Positions 41,706 to 53,012 are shown, counted from the stretch's first letter. The stretch is DNA of 64,000 nucleotides from Longimicrobiales bacterium (GCA_965198065.1 CBDAON010000004.1:1344001-1408000); one strand, 5' to 3'. Notes: generated by a model not told the origin, from the letters alone. A program made the numbers and translations.

Positions 41706-42539
41706 GGATGTGTTGCAACTTTCAAGAATCAGCAAGAGAGCGACTGGTTGGGTCGACCAGGCTCCGTCTTATGCAGCCACTTCGAACAGCTTGTTGATGA
41801 ACTGAATCTGTTGCCGAACATCCGAACCGCTCACCCACCTCGCCTGACCCTTCCGGATCATGTGAATTGCCTCATATCCTTGGATCGTTCGCCGTGCCGC
41901 GTGAAATTCACGAAAGCCCTGCTTGGCCTTCACGCGTCGTTTGATCGCTCGATGATCCTGCTCCAGGATGTTGTTCAAGTATTGGATCGGCCGGTGACGG
42001 CAACGGTGTCGCAGGATTCCTTCCTGCTTCACTCCTGAAATCGCCGTGCCATAGAGGCGTGCTTTGGTCCGTATTGATAACCCGGGGCTGCCGATGCGAC
42101 GGATTCGTCAGCGCCTTGCGGAACAGGCGTTTGGCCGTAGCGGCATCGCGCAACATCGAGAGCACGAAGTCGATCGTGGCGCCGGTGGAATCGATGGCTC
42201 GGTAGAGGTAGCACTAACGGCCCTTGACACGAACGTAGGTCTCATCGACGCGTCAGGACCTGTTGGTTGGCTTGAGATGACGGCGCAGCCGCGCCTCCAG
42301 TTCGGGACCGTAGAGAGCTGGACCCAGCGCCAGATTGTCGTGTGGTCCGCCTCCAGGCCGCGCTCGCTGAACAGCTCTTCGACATCGCGGAACGAGAGCG
42401 AGTACCGAAGGTACCAGCGCACGGCGCAAAGAATCAGCTCGGGCTCGGTTTGTCGCCACTTGAAGATCGCCGGTCGGATTGTCTTTTTCATGAACTCTTC
42501 AGGTTACCAGCCGCTGTCCGCCAAAGTTGCAACACAACC
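41706..42539 (-). mobile_element. IS6-family element with frameshifted transposase
   Basis: IRs GGATGTGTTGCAACTTT / AAAGTTGCAACACAACC; VRWYLRYSLSFRD, DETY, LNNILEQDHR. Confidence 0.92.
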
Positions 42540-42773
42540 CTTCGAAGTGCAGTTCCGACTCCGTCGTCTCGCTGCCCTCAACTAAATCCATCGCTTTCAA
42601 GCTTGTACCACAGATCGAAAGGAGTTAAGTGTCAGGTGAGGAATCCGTGGGAAAAGCCCGCATTAGAACCGAGCAGTGCAACGATCCGGACGACCGCCCT
42701 TGACATCGGTCAGCCGGTGGGTCATTCCCCGTAATCAAAATTGCGCGCTATGCGGCCTATCAGAAGAAGCACG

Positions 42774-43712
42774 ATGCAAGTCATCTTGGCACAACCGCGC
42801 GGTTTTTGCGCCGGTGTCGACCGCGCCATCGAAATCGTCGAAACGGCCCTGCATCAATACGGCCCCCCGGTTTACGTGCGCCACGAAATCGTCCATAACC
42901 GGCGCGTCGTGGAGGATCTGAAGGCGAAGGGCGTGCGTTTCGTCGACCGAGTCGAGCAGATTCCCAGCGGGGCCCTCACGATATTCAGTGCCCACGGCGT
43001 GTCGGCAAAGGTCGAGCAGGACGCATCGGTGCGCCGCTTGCGGACGCTGGATGCTACTTGCCCGCTGGTCTCCAAGGTACACATCGAGGGGCGCCGCTAC
43101 GCCGCCAAGGGCTACACCATCATTCTGATCGGTCATGAAAACCATCCGGAGGTCGAGGGCACCGTGGGTCAGATCCCGGGGCGGGTACTGCTGGTGGGCG
43201 ACGTGGCCGATGTGGAAATGCTCCAGGTCCGCGACCCCGACAGAGTTGCCTATATCACACAGACGACTCTGTCGGTCGACGACACCCGGGACGTGATCTC
43301 AGCCCTGCGCAATCGATTCCCCAAGATTGTCGGCCCGGGGGTCAAGGACATTTGCTACGCGACCCAGAACCGTCAGGCCGCCGTAAGAACGCTCGCCTCC
43401 TTCGTGGACCTGGTGTTCGTGGTCGGTGCCCAGAACAGCTCCAATTCAAACCGCTTGTGCGAGGTCAGTAACGACAGTGGCGTGCCGAGCTATCTGATCG
43501 AGGATCCGTCGGCGCTCGATCCGGTTTGGCTCCACGGCAAGAAGAGCGCCGGCATTACCGCCGGTGCCTCGACCCCCGAGGAACTGGTGCAGGACCTCAT
43601 CGCGAAGATGCGGGAATACGTTGACGTCGAACTCTCGACGATGGATGGCATCGTCGAGAACATTCGCTTCAGCCTACTTCCAAAACTGAGCCAAGCCGCC
43701 GTTACCCAATAG
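42774..43712 (+). CDS. ispH: 4-hydroxy-3-methylbut-2-enyl diphosphate reductase
   Basis: [51 protein letters not shown]. Confidence 0.97.
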   Translation: MQVILAQPRGFCAGVDRAIEIVETALHQYGPPVYVRHEIVHNRRVVEDLKAKGVRFVDRVEQIPSGALTIFSAHGVSAKVEQDASVRRLRTLDATCPLVSKVHIEGRRYAAKGYTIILIGHENHPEVEGTVGQIPGRVLLVGDVADVEMLQVRDPDRVAYITQTTLSVDDTRDVISALRNRFPKIVGPGVKDICYATQNRQAAVRTLASFVDLVFVVGAQNSSNSNRLCEVSNDSGVPSYLIEDPSALDPVWLHGKKSAGITAGASTPEELVQDLIAKMREYVDVELSTMDGIVENIRFSLLPKLSQAAVTQ

Positions 43713-44162
43713 CGGGAAGGTGTCACACCGATTGCCACGACACCCGCGGCCGAGATCTCGATACACTGGACCGCGACGGCAGGCGGTCAAAGAGTACCGG
43801 CCCACCGGCCTGGTAGCGCGTAGATGCTTGCGCACTTGAGCCGGAGCATGCGGATAGCGGCGCGGTCCCCGCCGAGACAGAAAGCGTTCGGCTTGACTAG
43901 GGACCCTCAACCAGTCCACATATATGCCCACTGGCCACACACACCGAGCCACCAGGGGCGGCGTGTGGGAGTCTTAACACTGACGGGCATGGTTTTGTTA
44001 CCATCCGCGGATGGAACTCGCCAAAGCTACCGCGCTTTCGCACCTGACCCGCGACGCTCTCCGCCGAATCTTCTTCGACAAGCTTGACGTGGTCTTCCTC
44101 GGATTCATCCTCTTCGCACTCATCCTCGGAGGCCGCCGTCATGCCAGGGCCTGTTACCGCTA

Positions 44163-44258
44163 ATGTGCTCCGATGGGATATCAGACAGCGATCTCGCCTA
44201 CCAGGCAGAACTCCTGCAGCGCGTATCCCGCACCTTCGCTCTCACGATTCCGCAGCTT
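44163..44258 (+). pseudogene. Squalene/phytoene synthase N-terminal stub
   Basis: Manual translation MCSDGISDSDLAYQAELLQRVSRTFALTIPQL (VSRTF motif), fused to IS6 sequence. Confidence 0.7.
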
Positions 44259-44945
44259 CAAACTGAGTTACCGGGACCTGGTCGCGATCTTAGGTGAGCG
44301 GGGTTTATCGATTTCGCACACCACGATCTTGCGTTGGGTCATTCGCTATGCCGAAATTTGCGAAAAGCGGTGGAGCCGATTCGAGCGGCCGGTGGGTGGA
44401 AGTTGGCGAGTTGATGAAACGTTCATCAAGGTGCGAGGCCAGGTGATGTACCTGTATCGAGCCGTGGATGGACAAGGCAACACCGTAGAGTTCTTTCTCA
44501 GTCGAACACGCGGCATTGCGGCGGCGAAGGCCTTCTTTCGCAAGGCACTGAAGCATCATCGGGAGCCACACAGCATCACCCTGGATGGCCACCAGCCGAG
44601 CCATAGCGCCCTGCGACGCATGGGGATGAACGGGGAGTTCAACTTCCGGGGCCCGAACCCGATGAGGATTCGTTGCTGTCAATACCTGAACAACCTTGTG
44701 GAGCAGGACCACCGCTGGGTGAAGGGGCGATTGCAACTGTTGGGATTCAAGACATTCTACAATGCGCGACGCGTCATTATCGGCATTGAGCTGGCGCAGA
44801 AGATTCACAAACGCCAGTTCGCAATTCCGATCCCATGGCAATCGAATCCCGCGGTGATCTGGCGTCACGTCATGGCAGCATAGGCCGCATCGCCGCGGTG
44901 CACTCCTGGTCTTATCGTCCCGATAATCCTATCTGCACCAGAACC
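44256..44945 (+). mobile_element. IS6-family element, 5'-truncated
   Basis: LSYRDL, WRVDETFIKVRG, YLYRAVD, LNNLVEQDHR; ends TGCACCAGAACC. Confidence 0.9.
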
Positions 44946-44952
44946 CTCTGGA

Positions 44953-45146
44953 GGGATGTGTTGCAACTTTCAAAAATCAGCAAGAGAGCGACTGGTTGGG
45001 TCGACCAGGCTCCGCCTTCCGCAGCCGGTTGATGACCTGTGCGGGACTCAGCCTCTTTCGTGCGGCCATTTGTGCCCTCCCTCTCCATGTCTCGACCCGT
45101 CCGGATCCTAAAACTGGACTCGGTCTCGTTTCTAGGGGGCAGTTCA
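44953..45146 (-). mobile_element. Fused IS6 end (copy of 41706-41765) and IS3 left-end stub
   Basis: About 60 bp near-identical to 41706; MAARKRLSPAQVINRLRKAE similar to orfA at 24244. Confidence 0.85.
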
Positions 45147-45765
45147 GTCTTCGCTCGCGATCGGGCGAGACCGAGCCTATATGTACCAGTTCGTCCACCG
45201 TGGCACGCCTCGCGTCCTCGCCGAGCACGACCGCGAAGCCTTGGCGGAGCATCTGCGCTGCAGACCCGAAGAGCTGAAACACGACGTAATTCCGCCTCGG
45301 GTGCCTTCACGGGGACGGAAGACCGCCGATGGGCCGCGCCGAAGGGCTTCGTCGCAGTGGCCGAGATCGACGCCCGTACGGCGGCGGGTCCGGGGGGCTG
45401 GAAGAAAGAGCCAGAGGAAACCAAGGAGCCGTGGCTTCTCCCCGATCCCCTCATTCGGCATGAGCTTCGGGCAAAGCCTGAAGATCTGCGGATGATCCAC
45501 CGTAGACGGGGACGCGATGGAGCCGCTCCTTTCGAGCGGCGATCGCGTCCTGATCGACGCGACCCAGCAGGTCCCGATCCCGCCGGGCACCTTCGTGGTC
45601 TGGGACGTGATGGGGCTGGTCGCCAGGCGGATCGAGCATGTGCGCCACTCCGAGCCGCCGAGGGTGATGATCATGTCGGTCAACCCGGAGTACGCCAGCC
45701 ACGAGCGCCTCGCCGAGGAGATCCGCGTCGTCGGCCGAGCCGTCTGGGCCGGACGCCGGCTGTGA
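45147..45765 (+). pseudogene. CI/LexA-like repressor with S24 peptidase domain, truncated and frameshifted
   Basis: SLAIGRDRAYMYQFVHRGTP HTH; VDGDAMEPLLSSGDRVLID, SVNPEY, VVGRAVW. Confidence 0.8.
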
Positions 45766-45850
45766 GACGCCTACGGTATAGGCGGGAAACCAATGCTTTC
45801 GCGGATAGTCGGGCACGTCATCGTCAGGATGCTGGCGGGCGCACCGGACC

Positions 45851-46325
45851 CTAAGCTCTGCCACGGCTTGCCTCGATCTCTTTCCGGATCCACGCATCCA
45901 CGTCCTCCTCGATCCATACGACAGCACGCACCGGCTCGGGGAAGCTTCCCTCGGCCACCTGCAGGTAGATCTTGCTCTGCGACAGCCCCGTGCGGGCCTC
46001 GACGCCCGGTAGGCCCAGGATGCGGGCGGGTATGTCCATTTCGCGTGGGATTGCTTCCGTCGTCCGTTCTCTTCTTTCTCTAATGGAAGCATCCGGTAAC
46101 GGATCGCTCCGGGATGGAACGCGATCCGCCTGGTCCCCGTCGTAGGTTTCGATGAACTCCAGGATCCGGTCAGCCGTCGCAGGCGTCGGTGAGCGGCCCA
46201 GGCGTAGCTGTCGGATCAAGGTTCGGATCGCCCGTCGCCCGCAGACCGAACGTTGACGGCTTCAGGCGCGTGCGCTCGAGAAACCCGGCCACTCGCGATT
46301 CGAAGTGCTTCGTTAGCGTCTCCAT
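45851..46325 (-). pseudogene. Second Cro-AlpA fusion, frameshifted
   Basis: METLTKHFESRVAGFLERT...GDPN; LPGVEARTGLSQSKIY; paralog of 6497-6988. Confidence 0.8.
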
Positions 46326-46619
46326 GGCAGTTAGGGTCTAGACCCGGCATATGAGGACCCGCTTATGCACTGCGGGGCGCGCGGCCGAGCACGACCGGAT
46401 GCCGCCTCGGAGGGTGCTTCTAAGTGAGGCGGAGGTCGGCCGACGGGTCGCGGCGACGGGCTATACCGCGGTGCATGACATCGATGTCGGCAGGGCGGCC
46501 AGTTCCGGGAGGACGGAACGAAAGACTGACGCCACAGAGGAACCAAGAGATGTTCGACCGTACGAGCGAATCAGACCCGCGTCCCACGCCAGCGGACCCG
46601 TGCTGCCGACGGCAATAGT

Positions 46620-47279
46620 TTACCGTTCATATGTCTTGATCACGTCAAGCATGGCCTGTTCCGCGTCGTCCCACGCGGTCTGAATCGTCCGCAGCGCCGC
46701 CGGGGCGTTCGGCACCTGGCTGGCGAGCGCGCGGTTCTGCGGCAGCAAGAGACCCTGTGCGGTCGCACGATCGAGGAAGGCGAACAGGTGGTCGTAGTAG
46801 CCGTCAATGTTGGCGAAGCAGCACGGCTTTTCGTGCAGCTCCAGCGGTCGTTGTGACCAGCACAGGACTTCGAAGATCTCCTCCAGCGTGCCGAACCCGC
46901 CGGGTAGAGCGATGCAGCCCTGCGCCAACCGCTGCATCAGGTGTTTGCGCTCGTGCATCGTGGCGACTTCGAGGAGACGGCTGAGTCCCTCGTGGGCGAG
47001 TTCCTGGTACGACAGCTGCCGGGGAACCACACCGGTCACGAAGCCGCCGCCCTCCAGCACAGCATTTGCCAGCACACCCATCAGTCCGACGCTACCGCCA
47101 CCGTAAACCAGCCCGATGCCCTCGGCCGCCATCAGTCGCCCTAGGGCCTCGGCCTCGTCGATGTAGCGCTGCTCGCGTCCTAGGTTGCCGCCCAGGTAGA
47201 CGCAGATGTTTTTTCCGCTGGGCGGCCCATCGGGTTCTGCGGGGTTCTCGCCCACCGCCGATGCTCTCGCGTTCGGCAT
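46620..47279 (-). CDS. LOG-family nucleotide 5'-monophosphate phosphoribohydrolase (TIGR00730-type)
   Basis: LVYGGGSVGLMG, MHERK, PGGFGTLEE. Confidence 0.93.
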   Translation of the reverse strand: MPNARASAVGENPAEPDGPPSGKNICVYLGGNLGREQRYIDEAEALGRLMAAEGIGLVYGGGSVGLMGVLANAVLEGGGFVTGVVPRQLSYQELAHEGLSRLLEVATMHERKHLMQRLAQGCIALPGGFGTLEEIFEVLCWSQRPLELHEKPCCFANIDGYYDHLFAFLDRATAQGLLLPQNRALASQVPNAPAALRTIQTAWDDAEQAMLDVIKTYER

Positions 47280-47569
47280 TCTGTAAGTTTTCCTAGTCGC
47301 GCTCCGGCATCAGTACGCTGCCAGACCATCGAGAAGGAACCCCTAGTGCTACCACGGATCGTGTGCCCTAGTGGGCCCCTTCAGGTAAAGCGGTGGTTTC
47401 ATTGTGCATTCTCTCGCGGACGGATAAAATCGGCACAGCCCCGGCCAAGCAAATTTCGAAATCCGGCGGTCGCGGGCGGCCATGTGGCGAGTTTAACCTA
47501 CAAGGAAGGCATAGTCACCTTCAGCCCGTCAAGCACGACAACTCATCGCCGTGTAGGTAACATTTCGTC

Positions 47570-48364
47570 ATGAAGAATCTTACCCAGACTGGTTCGCTCC
47601 GGGGCTGGCTTGTCGCTGTGGCGGTTCTTGCGGCTGCACCGGTCGGGACGGCCGCACAGACGGAGTTTCACTATCAGTACGGCAAGCTCACCAACCCCTT
47701 TGACGGAGCGCAGCACTACACGCACATCCTGACCTTCCAGCAGGCATCGAGCTGGTCGCTCGGCGACAGCTTCTTCTTCATCGACTTGCTCGACGACGGC
47801 GTCACGGACGGATTCAACGACATGGAGGTCTACGGCGAATGGTATCCCACCCTGAGCCTGGGTAGGCTCGCGGACCGGACGGTGGGCGCAGGACCGGTGA
47901 GGGATATCGCGCTGATCGGGGGCATTAACTTCGACAGCGACGCCGACGTCTTCAAGTGGTTGCCCGGTGCGCGACTCTCCTGGGACATCCCTGGCTTCAT
48001 CTTCTTCAACACCGACGTAACTGCCTTCATCGATGCCAGCAGCGGTGTGGACCAGGGAAGTGCGCCGAGGACGAATGACAGCTTCATGTTCGATGTAAGC
48101 TGGGGCGCCGCCTTCGATCTCGGTAGCCAGTCGTTCTGGTTCACTGGCCACGCGGAGTACATTGGTGGGACGACCAACGAACTCGGTGATGCCGTAGAGG
48201 GGTGGATCCTCGCGCAGCCGCAGCTTGGTTGGGATATTGGAAAGGCACTGACGGACAGTGCCAATCAGCTCTTTGTCGGCGTCGAGTACCAGTACTGGTG
48301 GAACAAGCTGGGTGAGAACAACGACGACAACGTCCCACAGTTGTGGGTGATGTGGCGTCTGTGA
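47570..48364 (+). CDS. Tsx/OmpK-like nucleoside-specific outer-membrane channel
   Basis: Signal peptide, LTFQQASSWSLGDSFFFID, YGEWYPTLSL, GVEYQYWWNKLG. Confidence 0.8.
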   Translation: MKNLTQTGSLRGWLVAVAVLAAAPVGTAAQTEFHYQYGKLTNPFDGAQHYTHILTFQQASSWSLGDSFFFIDLLDDGVTDGFNDMEVYGEWYPTLSLGRLADRTVGAGPVRDIALIGGINFDSDADVFKWLPGARLSWDIPGFIFFNTDVTAFIDASSGVDQGSAPRTNDSFMFDVSWGAAFDLGSQSFWFTGHAEYIGGTTNELGDAVEGWILAQPQLGWDIGKALTDSANQLFVGVEYQYWWNKLGENNDDNVPQLWVMWRL

Positions 48365-48394
48365 TGTCTGGGCGCTGCCGCACAGGAGAGTGAG

Positions 48395-50935
48395 GTGAAC
48401 CAGAACGCGACGGACGCACAGGACGCGCCGACCACAGAGATCCGGTCGACAAAGAGGGGACTGCGTCTTGCGGCGCGAGGCTTCCTCGCGCTTGCCGCGC
48501 TGCTCACCGTCACGATCACCGCGACCTCTGCCACCATGCTCTACAACTCCGCCACCGCGCTTCGTGACGGGGCGGAGGGGGCCGCCACGCACCTAGCGGA
48601 ACTTCTGGCGGCAAGCTTCGCCGACATGGGTGAGATCTCGCTGGCCAATGTTGCCCGTACGCTCGATGCAACGCTCGACGACCAGATGATCGCACAGGCC
48701 CGCATCGCGGCACACCTCGTGGCGGCGGCCGAGGAAGCAGGGCAAGATCCCGGGCGCATCATCGAGACCCTAGACGCGATCTTGGCGAGCACGGTGCTGG
48801 ACGAGTTCTGGATCACGGACAATGTGGGCTTTTCCTATCTCACTAACGTCCGCGATGAGAACGGGGAGCTCGTGCCCTTCCGATTCGAGGCTGATCCGGC
48901 GGTGCAGCCACAGGCGTCGAAGTTCTACGTGCTCCTCGAATCGGATATCGACGACGACGATTTCATCACACAGCCAGCGCAAGTCCGGGAGATCGATCAA
49001 GAAGTCTACAAGTACGTCGGAGTCGGCGGCGTCGATCAGGAGCGGATCGTGCAGATCGGCAATGCACTCGACTTTGGTGAGCAGGAGATTTTGACGAACG
49101 TCTACGCCACGGAGCGGGCGGACGTTTCCGCCGTGGTCGAGGGGATCATCGGTCAGCACATGCTGGCGCAGGCGACCATAGCGGGCCACTTCATCGTTGC
49201 GGCTGAGGAGGCCGGCTGGACGGCGGAGGAGATCAACAGCCGACTGCGACGTATCGCCGGAGCGACGGTCATCGGTGAAATCCGGGTCCTCGACCTGGAC
49301 GGCTCGGTTGCCTACTCCAGTCTGCTTCCGCCGCTAGAAGGCGGGGCAGACGTACCCGTACCTCGTGTGGAGGAGATCACGCCGCTCCTGGAGGGTTCCG
49401 AGGGCAGCGTGGAATTTGCGACGGCCCCGCGCGCCTCGGACGGCGAGGTCTACAAGTACGTGGCGGCTGCCAGTGCCGGCTCGCCGCGGGTCGTGCAAGT
49501 TGGCGTACCCATCGAGGGTAGCTCGGGCAACCTGCTCTATGCCGTGTACCAGCGGGAGGCGGACCTGCTCGTCCGATCGCGTAATTTGGAGGCGCTCTGG
49601 GTCGTCAATCTTGACCGCGACTTAGCTGCATCCGCGCCGCGGGCCGGACAGTCGGGCACCGAGACGGTGGGCGCAGCCAGCGTCTTCTCGCGCCGGGCTG
49701 AATCGGTCGTGGAGCAGGCCATGGACCAGGGTCAGGTGGTGAGCGAGGCTAGCCTGAGCCTGCTGGCGCCCGCCGCCCGCGGCATTTGGGTCGCCTCACC
49801 GATCATCAATACAGGAGGGATCCCGATCGGAGGTCTCGCGCTCGCGGTCAGCCTAGACGACATCGCCGACACGGTTCGGGGCGAAGCACGGAACACGACC
49901 CTGATCGCTTTCGTCCTCTTCGCTCTTACCGGCGCCGCTGCGCTCTGGGGAACGCGGTGGCTGACGCAGCCCATCGAGGCCATCGCCACGGCAGCCCGCC
50001 AGGTGGAAGCGGGCAGGCAGCCGGACGATGGCTTGATTGAGCCAGTGATGGAACGGACCGACGAGCTGGGGAGCCTAGCACGGGTGTTTGACGCCATGAC
50101 GATCCAGGTCTTCGACCGGGAGGAGCAGCTCGAGACGATGGTCTCGGCGCGGACCGAGGAGCTCCAGCAGAGCAACCGCAACCTGCGCCGTGCCCAGCGG
50201 GCACTGGAGCAGGACCTGGAGATGGCGAGGGTGGTGCAATCCGCACTAGTGCGTGAAGGCAACGTGGATTTGGCCGGCTTCGCGGCCTACGCGCGGATGA
50301 CCCCGGCGCAGCAGGTGGGCGGCGACTTCGTCGACGTGTTCGAGTCGTCCGAGGGCCAGCTGTTCTTCAGCGTTTGCGACGTCTCTGGCAAGGGGGTGGC
50401 AGCGGCCCTGTTCATGGCAGCGTCGCAGGGCACGATCAACGCTGCGGCCACCAAGAGCCAGAACGGCGGCGTCAGCGCAATCGCCACCGAAGCCAACCGT
50501 CTGCTCTGCAGCGAGAACCCGATGGGGCTCTTTGTGACCGGCATGCTCGCCGTCGTCGACCTCGAGCGGGCCGTCATGGAATACGTCTGCGCTGGGCATG
50601 AGCCTGCTTTCCTGGTGAGCACCGACGACTCCCGGCGAGTTCTCCCGATGACTCGCGGGCTGCCGATGGGCGTGTTGGACGACTTCGAGTACGAGAGCCG
50701 CCAGGAAGAGTTGCGCCCCGGTGACTCGCTCTTCCTCTACACGGACGGACTCACGGACGCGGTGAACATGAGCGGCGAGCTCTTCGGGAAGGAGCGGCTA
50801 GAGGAGACGCTCGACGGTGCATCCGCGCGCTCGCCCGAAGAGATCGTGGGCCACGTCTGGAGGGAGATCGGAGCCTATTCCGCGGGAGCTCCCGCCGCCG
50901 ACGACATGACCTGTCTAGTTCTGCGCCGCCGGTAA
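48395..50935 (+). CDS. Membrane sensor PP2C/SpoIIE phosphatase (RsbU-like) with HAMP domain
   Basis: Two TMs, large periplasmic region, HAMP (DELGSLARVF), VGGDF, DVSGKG, AGH, LYTDGL, DDMT. Confidence 0.92.
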   Translation: MNQNATDAQDAPTTEIRSTKRGLRLAARGFLALAALLTVTITATSATMLYNSATALRDGAEGAATHLAELLAASFADMGEISLANVARTLDATLDDQMIAQARIAAHLVAAAEEAGQDPGRIIETLDAILASTVLDEFWITDNVGFSYLTNVRDENGELVPFRFEADPAVQPQASKFYVLLESDIDDDDFITQPAQVREIDQEVYKYVGVGGVDQERIVQIGNALDFGEQEILTNVYATERADVSAVVEGIIGQHMLAQATIAGHFIVAAEEAGWTAEEINSRLRRIAGATVIGEIRVLDLDGSVAYSSLLPPLEGGADVPVPRVEEITPLLEGSEGSVEFATAPRASDGEVYKYVAAASAGSPRVVQVGVPIEGSSGNLLYAVYQREADLLVRSRNLEALWVVNLDRDLAASAPRAGQSGTETVGAASVFSRRAESVVEQAMDQGQVVSEASLSLLAPAARGIWVASPIINTGGIPIGGLALAVSLDDIADTVRGEARNTTLIAFVLFALTGAAALWGTRWLTQPIEAIATAARQVEAGRQPDDGLIEPVMERTDELGSLARVFDAMTIQVFDREEQLETMVSARTEELQQSNRNLRRAQRALEQDLEMARVVQSALVREGNVDLAGFAAYARMTPAQQVGGDFVDVFESSEGQLFFSVCDVSGKGVAAALFMAASQGTINAAATKSQNGGVSAIATEANRLLCSENPMGLFVTGMLAVVDLERAVMEYVCAGHEPAFLVSTDDSRRVLPMTRGLPMGVLDDFEYESRQEELRPGDSLFLYTDGLTDAVNMSGELFGKERLEETLDGASARSPEEIVGHVWREIGAYSAGAPAADDMTCLVLRRR

Positions 50936-50950
50936 CGCCGCCCCGCCCGA

Positions 50951-51245
50951 GTCGCACTTGAGGCTCTGATCACCCATGGGGTGAGCCACGGCCCCTGAGG
51001 GTGAAGCCGAACCGAGATCTAGATCACGATGCGGAGCGACTGCGGCACGCCGACCCTGATGAAGGAGGACACCGGTCAGCCGTTGGATCCGCCGCAGAGA
51101 CATGAATCCTGACACCACGTCATCGCTGGAGGGACGGTCCCTCAGTGGTTCGGGGTTGCACGTAGTGGAGGGCCTCGCGGAGCGCATTTCCTACGAGTTC
51201 ACCGTCAAGGGGCCGGGCCTTGTACCGCGACCAGGCAGTGACTAG
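50951..51245 (+). pseudogene. Degenerate duplicate of the RsbW-like gene
   Basis: Frameshifted ALEALITHGVSHG...EDTGQPLDP...SGSGLHVVEGLAERISYE aligns with the downstream gene. Confidence 0.7.
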
Positions 51246-51283
51246 AGTTGCGTGGTTGCCTGCACGGGAAGGGATCGTTCGCA

Positions 51284-51712
51284 ATGATGGATGAACTGCG
51301 CGTCTCGTTGGCACCCAGGCTGCCCGCGGTACGCGGCCTGGCGCGGATGGTAGAGGAATTCGGGGACGCCAACGATCTGCCGGATCAGAAGATCTACATG
51401 ATCAACCTGGCCCTCGACGAATTGATCACCAATACGGTGAGCTACGGCCTTCGAGGCGTGGCCCAACCAAAGATCGAGATCACCGTGCAGGTCAACGGTA
51501 CCGTCCTGGTGCTGACAGTGGCGGACAACGGCCAACAGTTTGATCCGACGCAAGACACGAGTCCCGACCTGTCATCGGCGGTGGACGATCGGCCGATCGG
51601 CGGCTTAGGGCTGTATCTGATCAAGACGTTTGCCGACCGCATGAAATACGAGTACGTGGAGGGCAAGAACCGGCTGACGCTGGAACACGATCTCGCGCCA
51701 CAGGCTGCGTGA
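51284..51712 (+). CDS. RsbW-like anti-sigma factor / Ser kinase
   Basis: LALDELITN, DNG..FDP, GGLGLYLI. Confidence 0.9.
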   Translation: MMDELRVSLAPRLPAVRGLARMVEEFGDANDLPDQKIYMINLALDELITNTVSYGLRGVAQPKIEITVQVNGTVLVLTVADNGQQFDPTQDTSPDLSSAVDDRPIGGLGLYLIKTFADRMKYEYVEGKNRLTLEHDLAPQAA

Positions 51713-51744
51713 CGAGGCCAGCGTAGCAACGAGGGGTGCATCGA

Positions 51745-52086
51745 ATGGATATCGAAGTCGGCGAGGAACGCAGTGGCGAGGTGTTGGTGCTGGTGCCCAT
51801 TGGACGACTGGACAGCGGAAACGCCAGCTCGTTCGAATCCGTCATCATGGATCGCGTCAAAAGCGGAGAGCGGCGCCTGATCGTCGACTTCAGTCGCCTC
51901 GACTTCATCAGCAGCTCGGGCTTGCGGGTGCTCCTCATCGCCGCCAAGGTGCTGAGGGTGGCGGACGGAACGCTCGTTCTCTGCTCCATGAAGGACCACA
52001 TCGAGGAAGTCTTCCAGATCAGCGGCTTCGGCCAGATCATTCCCATCAAGGAGTCTCGCAAAGCGGCCCTCTCCGGCGCGTCCTAA
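51745..52086 (+). CDS. STAS-domain anti-anti-sigma factor (RsbV-like)
   Basis: [21 protein letters not shown]. Confidence 0.92.
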   Translation: MDIEVGEERSGEVLVLVPIGRLDSGNASSFESVIMDRVKSGERRLIVDFSRLDFISSSGLRVLLIAAKVLRVADGTLVLCSMKDHIEEVFQISGFGQIIPIKESRKAALSGAS

Positions 52087-52330
52087 CCGGCACCCACACC
52101 GCGCTCAACTCCCCGGCGCGGTGAAGACGCGCCAGACTCAGCGCGTCGCGCCGATCCGTCTTCATCCTATCCCCCCGGCTTGCTCGGGATCAGGCTCGGC
52201 GCCACCATCGCGCAGTGGTGCCCGGTCGTGATGATCTCCCGATACACCCCGTAGCCGCACGTGCTGGCTTCGTGGCAGAAGCTCAACACCTCCCCGTGTG
52301 GGCTCAGCTTGCCGATCAGACGAGACCGCC
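52087..52330 (-). mobile_element. IS110-family transposase fragment
   Basis: Manual translation FCHEASTCGYG...[26 protein letters not shown]. Confidence 0.75.
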
Positions 52331-52399
52331 CATAGCCAATCGCTTCAAAGGTGGCTCTGACCTCGAGTGTAACCCACGGTACTCGAGGCAGGGCAGGTC

Positions 52400-52650
52400 A
52401 ATCCATTATGTGTAGCCCATGAGCTGCATATGACGCAGCAGACGTCCTTGTACATGCGGCAACGTATTCGGGCGGCCACGGCCAGCAACGACGTGCACTT
52501 GCTCCAAGGAATCGTCAAGACGGATGAAACCTGCATCGGCGGGAACCCCCGCAAAGGAACCCGCCGTGACGACGACAAGCCCAGCCCGAGAGAGCGTGCA
52601 ACCCGGAAGATCCCGGCTATCGGTGCCGTAGAACGCGGAGGGGCGCCTCA
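52400..52650 (+). mobile_element. IS1595-family transposase fragment
   Basis: RIRAA...LQGIVKTDETCIGG...IGAVERGG. Confidence 0.75.
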
Positions 52651-52714
52651 GTATGGCAATAGTTGGTGAGGGAGTCAACCCGGGTGGAATAGAGTGCCAC
52701 CCACACGGCGTCGG

Positions 52715-52965
52715 TCAACACCGATCCCTCTCGGAGGGTGCAACGGCAATCACCGCGCGGTCGCGGTGGCGGAGTAGGTATTCTCCAGGGCCTGGAACGC
52801 GAGGAGTTGCGGATTGTCGTGCCTGAAGAGGACGAGGCAATCGCTCGTAACGACTATGAAGAGGGCGCCGGTCGTCACGGGCCGTCATGAGCGAGGCAGT
52901 GAACGCAGCAACCATCCAGTGGTGGCGCACGGTGGCGACGACGTAGCGGTCCAGCAGGGAAAGAG
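52715..52965 (-). pseudogene. Degenerate N-terminus of an MMPL paralog
   Basis: LDRYVVATVRHHW...DNPQLLAFQALENTYS...AVIAVAP matches the N-terminus of 56859-59177. Confidence 0.75.
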
Positions 52966-53012
52966 TCGTCGCTTCGACTATCTCGGATCGGGAGCGAGGA
53001 GCTAGTCGATCG

